Of a stretch of DNA of 64,000 nt, positions 47,632 to 58,416 are shown piece by piece. Source of the DNA: Saprolegnia diclina VS20 (Eukaryota). Under the pieces are notes generated by a model. That model searched no databases. It was not told where the DNA came from and worked only from the letters and a program-made list of their open reading frames with translations. The stretch lies in contig NW_008246070.1 in NCBI RefSeq assembly GCF_000281045.1, positions 710,954 to 774,953 of the forward strand, in the 5' to 3' direction. The translations under genes were made by a program, and so were the position numbers. The stretch's first letter is position 1. Each line of letters begins with the position of its first letter.

Positions 47632-49458
47632 ATGAGCTCGAGCCTCAATGTCGTGGCAACGCTGCGCAACCAGGCGCCGCAGGTAGCTACGTACGCGCCG
47701 ACGATCGCGCCGCCCGACGACGTCGTCCAGCTGCTGGCGACGCAGGACCTCACTTGGGCCTCGCTGCCGCTGACGGCCAAGAACGCGGTGCTCTGGGCGC
47801 TCGGCTACGTCCGCGCCGGGGCGTCCTACTACAAGGTGTACACAAGGAAGGCGAGCGCGCCCACCATGGAGCGCATCCAGATTGCGTTTGCCGACCTGAG
47901 CAATAGCTGCAACCCCGACTCGCCGTGCGGACAGAACAAGGTCGTCACGCGCACCTGCCCCGTGATGGTGTCGATGCTCAAGTGCGCGGTCGACCCGACC
48001 TCTGGGATTCCGTCGTCGGCGACGATACCGATCGCCCCGAGCGGTGTGCTCTGGGGCTGGACCGATGGCGGGTCGCTGAAATCCAACATTACGCTCACGG
48101 CCAACACGGCCGAGGGCATGCCCTACTCGATCCACCTCAACGCGGACAACGACCTCTGCGGGTCCCTCGCGGTCATGTCCAGCACCGTGCCGTGCGCGCT
48201 GTACACGGCGGCCAACGCTGCCTTGTACGAGCGACCACAACCCCCGCCCGAGCTCACAGCATGGCTGCAAACGCTCCAGTCGACGGCAACAACGGCGCCC
48301 GCCCCCGTCACGCTTGCGCCCCCAGCCGCCTCGTCATCCATCTCGACCGGTGCCATCATTGGCATTGCTATCGGCGTTGTCGCCGTCCTTCTTTTGCTTG
48401 TGTTTTTCTGCCGGCGGCGGCGGCAGCACAAGGCTCCCAAGGACGCGTACCTTGAGGTCGACGACGTCCATCTCTCGCTGCAAGAAGTCGATGCCGCCAA
48501 CCAGCGCCTCGGTGAAGCCTTCCCGGACCTTGCGCTCTTTCAAGTGGACTCGGCCATCAGCCTCAAGCGACTCGACTACACGAGCGTTCACTTTGAGCGC
48601 CGCCTCGCCAGCGCCGACGGCTACGACGTGCTCGTTGGCTTCTTTGACCAAACGCGTGTCACAATCAAGCGACTCGCCTCGGACGCGCGGCGGCCAAGCG
48701 AGAATCTCGTCGTCTTCACCGACGCCGTGCGCATCATGGCGGGCATCAACCACCCGCAAATGACGGCTGTCGTCGGCGTCGGCTGGGATCTTCTCGAGAA
48801 CCTCTGCATCGTGACGGAATTTATGCCGCACGGCAGCCTGCGGGATGCTCTCGACGCCCAGTTGGGTGCGACCTCGAGCGGCGGCAAGAAGGCACGGCAA
48901 CCGGCGTCGCCAGCGTGGACGTGGAAGAACGAAAAGCTCGCGATCGCGATGGACATTGCCAAGGCGCTCGTATACCTGCACACGCTTGAGGAGCCGACGG
49001 CCCACGCCGGCTTGACGTCGCGCGACGTGTTTCTGGTGCCGGGGCCGCCGCTCTCCGCCAAGGTCAACTCGGCGGCGCTGCACCCGACGCCGCTCCTTCC
49101 CGACTCGAACGGAGCGACGATGACCAACCTGGAGTGGACTGCACCCGAAGTGCTCACGGGTCATGCGGCGTCGCTGGCCGCCGACATTTATGCCTTTGGC
49201 ATCCTCCTCTGCGAGCTGGACACGTGCGCGCTGCCGTACTCGGAAGGGCGGTCATCCCGCGGCCGCCGCAGCGAGACGACGCAGAGCAATTTGCTCCAGC
49301 GCATTGTCAAGGACGGTCTCCGCCCCGAGCTCTCGAGCTCGTCGACGCAGCCACTGCGCGAATTGATTGCACTCTGTGTCGACAAGGACCCGTCCACCCG
49401 CCCGACGGCCATGATGCTCGTGTTTCATTTGCGTAGCAAGGTCAAGCCGTCGTTGTAG
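47632..49458 (+). CDS. TKL-family receptor-like kinase, probable pseudokinase
   Basis: Cys-rich N-terminal region; TM GAIIGIAIGVVAVLLLLVFFC followed by RRRR; kinase fold VTIKRL, VTEFMPHGSL, WTAPE, ADIYAFGILL. HRD and DFG motifs are absent. Confidence 0.85.
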   Translation: MSSSLNVVATLRNQAPQVATYAPTIAPPDDVVQLLATQDLTWASLPLTAKNAVLWALGYVRAGASYYKVYTRKASAPTMERIQIAFADLSNSCNPDSPCGQNKVVTRTCPVMVSMLKCAVDPTSGIPSSATIPIAPSGVLWGWTDGGSLKSNITLTANTAEGMPYSIHLNADNDLCGSLAVMSSTVPCALYTAANAALYERPQPPPELTAWLQTLQSTATTAPAPVTLAPPAASSSISTGAIIGIAIGVVAVLLLLVFFCRRRRQHKAPKDAYLEVDDVHLSLQEVDAANQRLGEAFPDLALFQVDSAISLKRLDYTSVHFERRLASADGYDVLVGFFDQTRVTIKRLASDARRPSENLVVFTDAVRIMAGINHPQMTAVVGVGWDLLENLCIVTEFMPHGSLRDALDAQLGATSSGGKKARQPASPAWTWKNEKLAIAMDIAKALVYLHTLEEPTAHAGLTSRDVFLVPGPPLSAKVNSAALHPTPLLPDSNGATMTNLEWTAPEVLTGHAASLAADIYAFGILLCELDTCALPYSEGRSSRGRRSETTQSNLLQRIVKDGLRPELSSSSTQPLRELIALCVDKDPSTRPTAMMLVFHLRSKVKPSL

Positions 49459-49735
49459 TCGACGATTCGCCATAGCTCGATGCGAATATATGATTTATAA
49501 TGAACCGACAAAATTGTCCTTGTGCAATAGGAATAAGGGGGCCGAGGGAAGCACGCCCGACGCTCCTTCTTCAACCAAGACTCCAAGCTGAGGCTAGGGT
49601 TCCGGATACCATGTAGAAAAAGCAGATACCAAGGTCGTTATCCGTATGAAGGTAGGGTTCCGGATACGGGAACTTCGCAAGCCTTCGTCGCCCTCTGACA
49701 GTCACTTTCGAATTAGCTGCGAACGTAGGAAGCAC

Positions 49736-49818
49736 GTCCCGGTGATTGACTCTATCGGATTACTCTGAGACAACAACAATCAACATGAAGAAACTATGTT
49801 GTTAGACTGATGAGGGAC
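49736..49818 (+). ncRNA. Candidate box C/D snoRNA, copy 1
   Basis: Terminal stem GTCCC/GGGAC; C-like GTGATT, D' CTGA, C' ATGAAGA, terminal CTGATGA; core identical to copy 2. Confidence 0.65.
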
Positions 49819-49890
49819 CAACTGACGAGCGACTAGAGCAGGTATTAATAGCAGGTGTAGAATAGGATCGAAATTTCGTGTTCCTTATAT

Positions 49891-49973
49891 TCCCCAGTGA
49901 TTGACTCTATCGGATTACTCTGAGACAACAACAATCAACATGAAGAAACTATGTTGTTAGACTGATGAGGGGA
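49891..49973 (+). ncRNA. Candidate box C/D snoRNA, copy 2
   Basis: Terminal stem TCCCC/GGGGA; same boxes and core as copy 1, 155 bp downstream. Confidence 0.65.
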
Positions 49974-50031
49974 CCAACTTGAGCACCAGTGCTATAACTC
50001 GACTTAAATATGATCTATGTGTCCTTCTTTG

Positions 50032-50310
50032 CTATGACTTGGCTTCAAGGACGGGGACGCTGACAAAGTTGGAGTCGAGGCCAACGCGCACTGTGACGTC
50101 GTGGTCGGGCGCCGACCTCTGGATGAAGGATGCAACCATCCCCATGTACACGACGACGATTCCGGCGGTGAACCACGCGCCGTAGAGGGTGTAGCCGTCA
50201 GACGTGGCTGTTGTGTTAGCAGCGCTGCCGGACGAGCTGCCGTTGTATGAGAGGCGAGCCTGCGCCACAGCAGACCCGAGCAGCAGTAGGCCGAGGCTCT
50301 TGTGCGGCAT
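50032..50310 (-). CDS. Small type-I membrane protein (signal peptide, Ser/Thr-rich ectodomain, one TM)
   Basis: Signal-like MPHKSLGLLLLGSAVAQA; NGS and NTT sequons; TM YGAWFTAGIVVVYMGMVASFI shared with the neighbouring gene. Confidence 0.7.
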   Translation of the reverse strand: MPHKSLGLLLLGSAVAQARLSYNGSSSGSAANTTATSDGYTLYGAWFTAGIVVVYMGMVASFIQRSAPDHDVTVRVGLDSNFVSVPVLEAKS

Positions 50311-50865
50311 TGGTGGTCAATTGCGGAATGACTTGCACCTGGAGAAGAACGCGCGGGATCCAGCGCGCCTTCTGGCACGTATCGTCACAGGATCCGAGTG
50401 TGATGGGCATCGCCCTCGACGCGGCTACACGCAGTCCTTCGTCGCTGCACCATGGTCGATGTCGTCCACTACTTCGCATCGCTCATGATATCCAGCGGAC
50501 AAAATACGATCGACCAGAGACTACAGCGCCACCGCGTTCAAGCGACCAAGTCACTGCACAAGGCAGAGAGATAAAGATACACCACACATGGTCGACCAAC
50601 ATGCTCCCTCTGGCCTCAAGTGAGACGCGACACGCACGCCGACACGGTTTGCTCACGTGGCGTTGCCTGTGACGCCGCCCAGGTGCCAGGCACGCCATCA
50701 TCATTCGGCCATAGCATTTGGCGGCAGCTCTCTGCAAACTTCTACCGCCCGCTAAACTAGATGCCTACTGCAGGCACTCGACACCAAGTCAGGAGGTGTC
50801 GATCATGGGCCGTCGCCGTTGGTCACGAGGGACAGAGTAGGACGGGCACAAAAACACTCGCATCC

Positions 50866-51174
50866 ATGGTCCCCTTGAGCGGCAGCGCGGCGGCGCAAAC
50901 CGCGTCGGCAATCGAGCAGCCCTCCACTTCGAGCGTCGACGAGACGCACATCGGTATTTGGTTTACCGTCGGCGTCGTCGTCGTCTACTGCGCCATGGTG
51001 GCCGCCGTCGCCGTCTTCCGGCGTCAACACGCCTCAGACCGGCAGTCGCTCCCGATGCTCGAGCCAGACGCACGTTCAAACAGCCTCGACACGATCGTCT
51101 GCGACTTTAGCACACGTCGGGCGTCCCCTCTCGACATCACGGACGGCCTCCGCGTTAAGTATTTGTCGTCATAG
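50866..51174 (+). CDS. Small single-pass membrane protein, paralog of 50032-50310
   Basis: TM IGIWFTVGVVVVYCAMVAAVAVF followed by RR; Ser/Thr-rich N-terminus. Confidence 0.7.
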   Translation: MVPLSGSAAAQTASAIEQPSTSSVDETHIGIWFTVGVVVVYCAMVAAVAVFRRQHASDRQSLPMLEPDARSNSLDTIVCDFSTRRASPLDITDGLRVKYLSS

Positions 51175-51802
51175 CGCACCCTTGGCAGCCGAGACCAAGT
51201 CGAACTCTTAACACGTCATTGCTACTTGCTGAAATGTCGACGCTACCGCGCGTGTCGGCTCGAGGGCTTGAGACTGCCGTGGAAAGACCGGTTGTTTGTA
51301 CTGTTGGTACTGCTCATCGGCGGCTCTTCTGCTCGATTTGATCTGCCAGTGAAGGCCAAGACGTAGTCGCTGGTCAATTTATCGGGAACACGGGAACACT
51401 CGGTATGAACCATCACAACGACGTGTGTACTGTTTTGTCTGGTGCTGGCTGTCGGTGACAGTTCTTGTGTAGTCGTAGACCAAGTCGGGGACGGCGGTTA
51501 TAGGACCCTGCTTCCGATTGTTCAGGTGCTGCCGAGCCCGAGATAAAACGTCCTCCACGACAACTTTCGAGTTACCTCACGGGCACTTGTGCAGTGTGCC
51601 AACCGTCCTAGGCCTCCTTTGGCCAAAAGCCTCCAACTCGAACGCGAGTTCTAGTATGGGTTTACGCGAGCAAAGAAACTAATTTCTTATTTCCACTTGG
51701 CTGTGCTAGTCGAGAAACGAGTCCACAAAATGAGTCTATGTTGGAGAAGTTTTATAGGTTGGCTAAATACACTGAGTACACTGAGCTTACATTGACATAC
51801 GC

Positions 51803-53193
51803 TCACTCGACCGCGAGCTTGCCGGGGCGCACCCAGCGCAGGACACGCCACGCAACAATGACCTTGAGGCACAGAGTGGCGGGAATGACCCACGACTGCA
51901 GCGTGACCTCGCGAGCCAAGCCGCACTGCGGGATGCGGTGCCCCGGTGGCACGCGGCCGTGCGGCTGCAACGTGAGCGTCCAAGACGCGATGAGGTTGAG
52001 CGCACCGCCAAGCGTCCGATGCAGCACCCAGTCAACGCTCGAATACGTCACGTGCACGGTCGGGTGCATGTAAAACCGGTTGTAGCCAAACCGGCTGAGG
52101 TCTTCGAAGACCAGGAGGCACTCGGACGCGGGACACGAGTCGTTGTAGACAACACCCTGGAGCGCGCTTGGTCGCCCGAGGAGCCGCGGCTCTTGTGCCT
52201 GCCACGTGCGAAACTGGATCTTATGCTTAAGAAACGGCGCGGCCTTCATGGCCACGACGCCGTTCCAGCAGCTCGAGACTGGGAACGGCCGGCCGTGCGC
52301 AATGAGTCCCTGTGTCACAATGTCGGCCGAGAACGGGTAGAGCGACGCCATGCGCTCGGCGTTGACGTCGCGCGCGACCCACGTATCGTAGAACGTGATG
52401 CGGTTAAAGTCCATGCTGCACACGACGTCGTACTCCATGCGACCGGTGAGCAGGAGACGCAGAATGTCGTCGGCGAGGAAGATGACGTCGTTGAAGAAGA
52501 GGACGTCGTCGAATGACGCATCGAGCGGTGCGAGCGCCTTGTTGCGGATGTCGGCCATGGCCCTACACCATTGATCGTTGAGCAACTACGATCTTAATGG
52601 TAGGTGATGCGTACCCGATGCGAATCGCCATTTCGTCCTCGCCCTTGACAGTGCCATTCTTCTTCCTCTCCTCAAAGACCGTGCTCCAGGACGGCGCGTC
52701 GTCGATGTTGATCGTGTTGGCGATGCCCCGCTCGTCCAGCCGCCGCTGCCACTCGCGAAGAAACGCCGGGGTCTCGTCCTTGGAGCCGTTCTCGTACACG
52801 GACACGTACGGCGTGGCGCCCGCAAGAACGAGCGCGTCAAGCAGCAGTGCCATCTAAACTCCCACGTTGTTAGCCATGGGTTAATCCGTTGTCCTTGTAT
52901 ACCTCGTCGCAGTGAGCGTCGAGCAAGTCCATGTTGTTGAAGTAGTTGGCTGCGATCAAGATCTTGCGTCCTTGGAGATATTGCCGCTGGACGCCTTTCG
53001 ATGGTGCCGGCTCGCGGGCTTCTCGCGTAGCGAGAAGGAGTACGCCGAGGATCGCAACGATGAGGTAGAGCGCACGGGCACATTTGCGAAGTGGCCAGAC
53101 GGCGCGGGGGCTGCGTGGCGCAGGCTGGCTCGATGGCAGCGTGAAGGGCAGCGGGAGGGACCGGCTTAAGACGTCGCCGCGAAAGTTGAGCAT
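51803..53193 (-). CDS. Glycosyltransferase family 69 (CAP59/CMT1-like alpha-1,3-mannosyltransferase), 3 exons
   Basis: Type-II TM; ILIAANYFNN, YVSVYENGSKDET, ADIRNKALAPL, VLFFNDV, CSMDF, FYDTWVARD, VSSCWNG, CPASEC..DL, HPTVHVTY. Confidence 0.9.
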
Positions 53194-54657
53194 CGCGGGT
53201 TTCGAAAAGTGCAATGTCAAATCTGGAACAAAGTGCAGCGCAGGATCGGTCGGGATAAATGACCTGCGCTTTGTATTGAGATTTGAGATTCTCGCGTTTT
53301 ATTTGAACAAATAGATAAACGCATCGAACCAGATGTTTCGTGGCTAGTGGATTCATTTTTCGTCGGCGAGGCGCAACCCAACGATGACTCCTGACAGTGC
53401 AGAGACACACTACGCGCAACATACACCAAGGCGTTATCTCAACGAGCAAGAATTCGGTCGATCTTAGGTGGACCATCGTTCGCGCGGCCGCTGGAAGCCC
53501 CGAGCCCAAGTCCCTCGCTTCGCAAAGGGACGGGGATGGTGCACGGAGGATATCGTCTCGGCACGGTTCTCGCTGCGGTTCCCATATATTTGTATGTATA
53601 CAACCAACGCATGCTTGGAATAGTCTGCGAAGTCGAGTAGACATTATTACTGCGAACCGTACAGTGTATTCATTCGGGGATTGCTCTGAACAAGGCCGTT
53701 GTCGTCGCAAAGTCCATTCAGACGTCGTGTATAGACCTCGGTTCGTGGATTCGTTCGTGTCCTGCCCAGATTCGATGACAGGCGTCATCAGAAAGCGACT
53801 CTTGCCGAAGATGCAACCCATATACTAGTACCCCCTTCGTTCACGCTCCATACACCAGTAGCCTGCTTGCATCGAGCGGCGCTGAAGATCTGTCCTTCGC
53901 GCGCATCACTCAAGAGCCTCTCAGCATCGTGACCCTTCATCTTGGGTGGCAATGACGTCAAAGAATCGTCACGTGGCGAGTGTGGGTGCCACGTAGTGTC
54001 CGGATAAAAAGGATCGCATCTTGTCTCGGAGATGGATTTGGAAAAATATGATTTTACACGAATCTTCTCCGCAGCTTAATGCTTGTACCAAACTCTTGGT
54101 GCGATGGAAGTTGGAGTGTGAATGCTCGAGGTAGCGTGCACATCGTGGTAGGCATTCGGGCTGCGACGAGGTGGCTGCTCGGCAAGCGCTGCCAACCCGC
54201 CACCGACGGACAAGGTGTGGTGAAGCAAAAGCCACGAGCTGGCTGAGCGCATCTTGGATCTTAACGCAGCAGACAGCGGTACAGATCCATCAGGAGGCAA
54301 AAACCCATCGATCAGGTGGGCGACATTGGACAGGGAGATCTAGCATGCCTTGCGAATGCGGTTTGCGGCGTATTCATAGCCGGCGGCGTGCGGCAAGGGA
54401 CGATCACCGCGCCAGAACAGCGTCTGATGCACGTATTCGATGCCTACTCGACCGACACGTTGGTCCCGTGGGGAACCGCGACGTGGCCGAGGCGAGCTTA
54501 CCGTCGGTCTGCATTCGGCTCGGCTCATGCCAGCGCGTATGGCGAGCGTGCAGGGCTGCGCTGGGCCCACGCACCTCGCGTCTCACTCCTTCCGACCAAG
54601 ATCTGACACAAGCTTAGCGCGATGTGTCGTGGCAGGTTGTCGTGTCATCGCACGCGT

Positions 54658-54696
54658 GATTGGCTGAAATGTTGCCCATCCCTCGCGTGTGATTGG
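54658..54696 (+). promoter_or_regulatory. Paired CCAAT-type boxes upstream of adenylosuccinate lyase
   Basis: GTGATTGGCT occurs twice (GATTGG at 54658 and 54691), 100-140 nt before the ATG. Confidence 0.5.
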
Positions 54697-54796
54697 CTCC
54701 TTCATTAGCATGGTTTGGCACCACTGGTCCTCGCGGGGCACATCCCAATGGTTCGTAAACGATCTTTTTTTCAGGAAACCTTCTGCATTTTGCAAA

Positions 54797-55760
54797 ATGA
54801 CCGACGACAAGACCCGCTACGAGCACCCGCTCGTGTCCCGCTACGCCACGAAGGAGATGAGCCTCGTGTGGTCGCCCCACACCAAGTTCTCGACGTGGCG
54901 CAAGCTGTGGCTGGCGCTCGCGCGCTCGGAGAAGAAGCTCGGCATCGCCATCACGGACGAGCAGCTCCGCGCGATGGAGAAGGCCATCTACGACATCGAC
55001 TACGCGTACGCGGACGAGATGGAGAAGAAGTTCCGCCACGACGTCATGGCGCACGTCCACGCCTTTGGCAAGGCCGCCCCGGAGGCCATGCCCATCATCC
55101 ACCTCGGCGCGACCTCGTGCTACGTCGGCGACAACGCCGATATCATCCAGCTCAAGCAGGGCCTCGAGCTTATCCAGCGCAAGCTGCTTAAGGTCATGAA
55201 GGTCCTCCGCGACTTTGCCGTCCAGTACAAGGACATGCCGACCATGGGCTTTACCCACTTCCAGCCCGCGCAGCTCGTGACGGTCGGGAAGCGCGCGACG
55301 CTTTGGCTCCAGGACTTCCTCCTCGACTATGAGCGCCTCGAGAACCAGATCAAGACGCTGCCGCTCCGCGGTGTCAAGGGCACGACGGGCACGCAGGCGA
55401 GCTTCCTCGAGCTCTTCAACGGCGACCACGAAAAGGTCAAGCAGCTCAACCGCCTCGTGGCCGAGCAGATGGGCTTTGAGCACGTCATCCCTGTCTCGGG
55501 CCAGACGTACACGCGCAAGATCGACTTTTTCGTGCTCTCGATCCTCTCGGGCATTGCGCAGTCGGCGTACAAGATGGCCGGCGACATCCGCCTCCTCGCC
55601 AACATGAAGGAGATCGAGGAACCCTTCGAGAAGAACCAGATTGGCTCGTCCGCGATGGCATACAAGCGCAACCCGATGCGCTCGGAGCGCGTCTGCTCGC
55701 TCGCGCGCTACGTCATGTCGCTCACCGACAACGCCGGCCACACGCACGCGTCGCAGTGGT

Positions 55761-55792
<32 letters not shown>

Positions 55793-56297
55793 TACGCTTT
55801 CCTATCTCTATATCGAATGGAATGCTCATGTGACTCTGCCGTGTAGCCGCATCGTCCTCCCGGAAGCCTTCTTGGCCACGGACGTCATCCTCAACCTGAT
55901 CGCCAACGTCTCGGACGGCCTCCAGGTGTGGCCCAATGTCATCGCCGCGCACATTAAGGCCGAGCTGCCGTTCATGGCCACGGAGAACATCCTCATGGCC
56001 TGCGTCAAGGCCGGCGGCGATCGCCAGGACCTCCACGAAGCCATTCGCGAGCACTCGATGGCCGCCGGCCGCCGCGTCAAGGAGGAAGGTGCCGCCAACG
56101 ACTTGCTCGAGCGCATCGCCAAAGACGCTCGCTTCGCGTCCGTGCACAAGGACCTCGACTCGCTCTTGGACCCGAAGCTCTTTGTCGGCCGGTCGCCTGA
56201 GCAGGTCACCGAGTTTGTCACCGAGTGCATCGACCCGATCTTGGCGAGCCAGAAGGAAGCCTTGATGATGGACGACGTCGACGCCATCAATGTCTAA
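54797..56297 (+). CDS. ADSL: Adenylosuccinate lyase, 2 exons
   Basis: [66 protein letters not shown]. Confidence 0.98.
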
Positions 56298-56451
56298 CCC
56301 GCCAAATCTCATGTATCCCTGTCTCTACCTACACCGACTTCGATGGTAAGCGAGAGGGTGCCATGCTTGCATTGCGGAGGGGTTAATAGGTCGGAAGGAC
56401 GACTAAGTCGTGCGGGAGGTCGCAAACGGCACCCGCCATCGTAGGTGCTTC

Positions 56452-57075
56452 TTACTCGGCCGCATCGACTTCGTAGTCGTCGTCGCCGCGGCCCTTGACC
56501 TGCTTGAGTTCGTCCTTGTCGAGCTTCTTGAAGACCTTGCCGCCGTTGTAGCCAGCAAAGACCTTGGCCGTAATCTCGACTTGCGCGTCCTTGGGCACAA
56601 GCTCCTCTGGGATCGGAATGCGCTCGACGATCTCAATGCCCTAATGATCATCAGATCCCAGGCGTAATTCCACACGGCAAATCCTACCGAGTTGACGATG
56701 GCGTCGTACTTCATGTCGCTCATCGAGACAAACTTGTCGATCTTGGTGATGCCGAGCCAGTGCAGCGCATCGGGCATGAGCGCTTGGAAGCGAACGTCTT
56801 GGATGCCGGCGACGGCCTGCGTGCAGTTGAAGTACTCGGCCGCACTGTCGCCGCCTTCTTGGCGCTTGCGCAGGTTGTACACCAAGTACTTGGTCACTTC
56901 GCCGAGCGCGCGGCCCTCCTTGCGAAAGTAAATGATGACGCCGGCGCTAACATCGTTCATGAGATGTCTCGTCCGCGTGCATGGTAGAGTAATAGCCTAC
57001 CCGCCCTGCTGCGCCGTCTCGACACAGACCTCAATGGCGTGCGTCAAGTACGGGCGGCATGTGCAAATGTCCGAG

Positions 57076-57107
<32 letters not shown>

Positions 57108-58151
57108 CACGCGCACCGCGAGCTTCTTGGTCGGGTCCGCGATCGCCTTGACGTCGCCAAAAATGTAGATGGTGAGACCACCGATCGGCGGCAAGAAGAT
57201 TTTGAGGTCGTTGCGCGTCACGAGCTCCGGGTACATGCCATTTGTCTCCTGGAAGATCATTTGGCGCAGGTTCGACTCGGTCGTGTTGAAGCGCTTGGCG
57301 ACGCCGGGCAAGTACCACACCGGGTCGATCGCTGCCTTCGTGATGACGAGCTGGCAGGTGTCCTTGAGGACCTTCCCGTCGGGCTTCAAGCGGCCCTTCT
57401 GGACAGCATCGTGGATTTCTTGCAGATCCATGTGCGCTTTCGTGACTGCAACGCAAGCTCAGGATCCCATCCGCACTGCAGGATGGTCTTACCGGCAATC
57501 GTCGGGCGAATGTCATAGCCCTTCTCAAAGTGCTCCGGGAAGGCCTCCAAGACGCAGTGACCAAACGGATCCATTGTGACAATCTGGCTCGATAGATTGA
57601 GTTCCGCGCTTCCAAGGCGACAAGAGTACCTTCTCGGGGTCGCCCCACGATGGGAAAGGACCAATCTTGGCTGCCGGCGTTGTCTTGGAGAGGTCCGGCG
57701 TGGACGTAGCATCCATGGCCCCCGCGGCAACCTAGTCGTTTGCATGATCCACCGATAGGCTCTTCAACACGTCGTACCGCCAGGCCACGGTAGACACAGT
57801 ACGAGCCACCATGAGCACCGATCGCGTTTCGGTACTTGTCGTGGCGGTGCGTCCCGATGACGGGACCGCGGGCATCCGGGCTCTCGTGGCCCCACTGTCA
57901 TTTGGGCTTGAGCCTCTCTCTACTTGATATGCTCGTACCATGATGCGCACGGGCTCGACGCCAAACGTCTCGGCATGCGACGTCAGTGACACGTAGACGC
58001 TCTTTGGGTCAAAGAGGTCCTTGTCTTCAATCTTGCGGACGTCTTCGGCTACACATACCACGCGTCAACCTTCCACCGCATCGCGCATGTGGTTACCGTC
58101 GATGGACTTCTTGCGCTTCCCGAGCGTCGAGACCTTCTTGAGCGACGCCAT
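56452..58151 (-). CDS. URG1: Urg1/URC1-like GTP cyclohydrolase II-family protein, multi-exon
   Basis: RNAIGAHGGSYCVY, DIRPTIA, PVWYLPGVAKRF, GMYPELVTR..FLPPIGG, RVHDECNGSDVFGSDICTCRPYL, RKEGRALGEVTKYLVYN, FQALMPDALHWLGI. Confidence 0.92.
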
Positions 58152-58416
58152 GCCACGTGTGTGCTCGACAAGCAATATGCGGTTATGAGTGAAACGGGGG
58201 AAATCTTGCCAAATTCCCGGTCAAATCCCGGAAAGCCTGATTCCGCGATCTTTCGCCGGTCCCAACTTCAACTTGGGTCGCATCCCCAAAGAATTGTATA
58301 CAAACACCAAGTTATAAAATCGCCGCGGCTGGCGGCGTCCCGGGCCGCCAATCCGGAAGAATCTGGTCATCCGGATACGACCCGCCCGATCTTTGGGGGA
58401 GTTGAAGTCGCACCGC

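Noticed and set aside
49742..49979. Direct repeats as a CRISPR array or LTR pair
   Set aside because: Only two ~80-bp units in eukaryotic DNA, no cas genes, and no TG..CA ends or internal coding region; a C/D-box structure fits better.
52586..53821. 411-aa minus-strand ORF overlapping the GT69 gene
   Set aside because: Out of frame with the GT69 exons, with no motifs and atypical composition.
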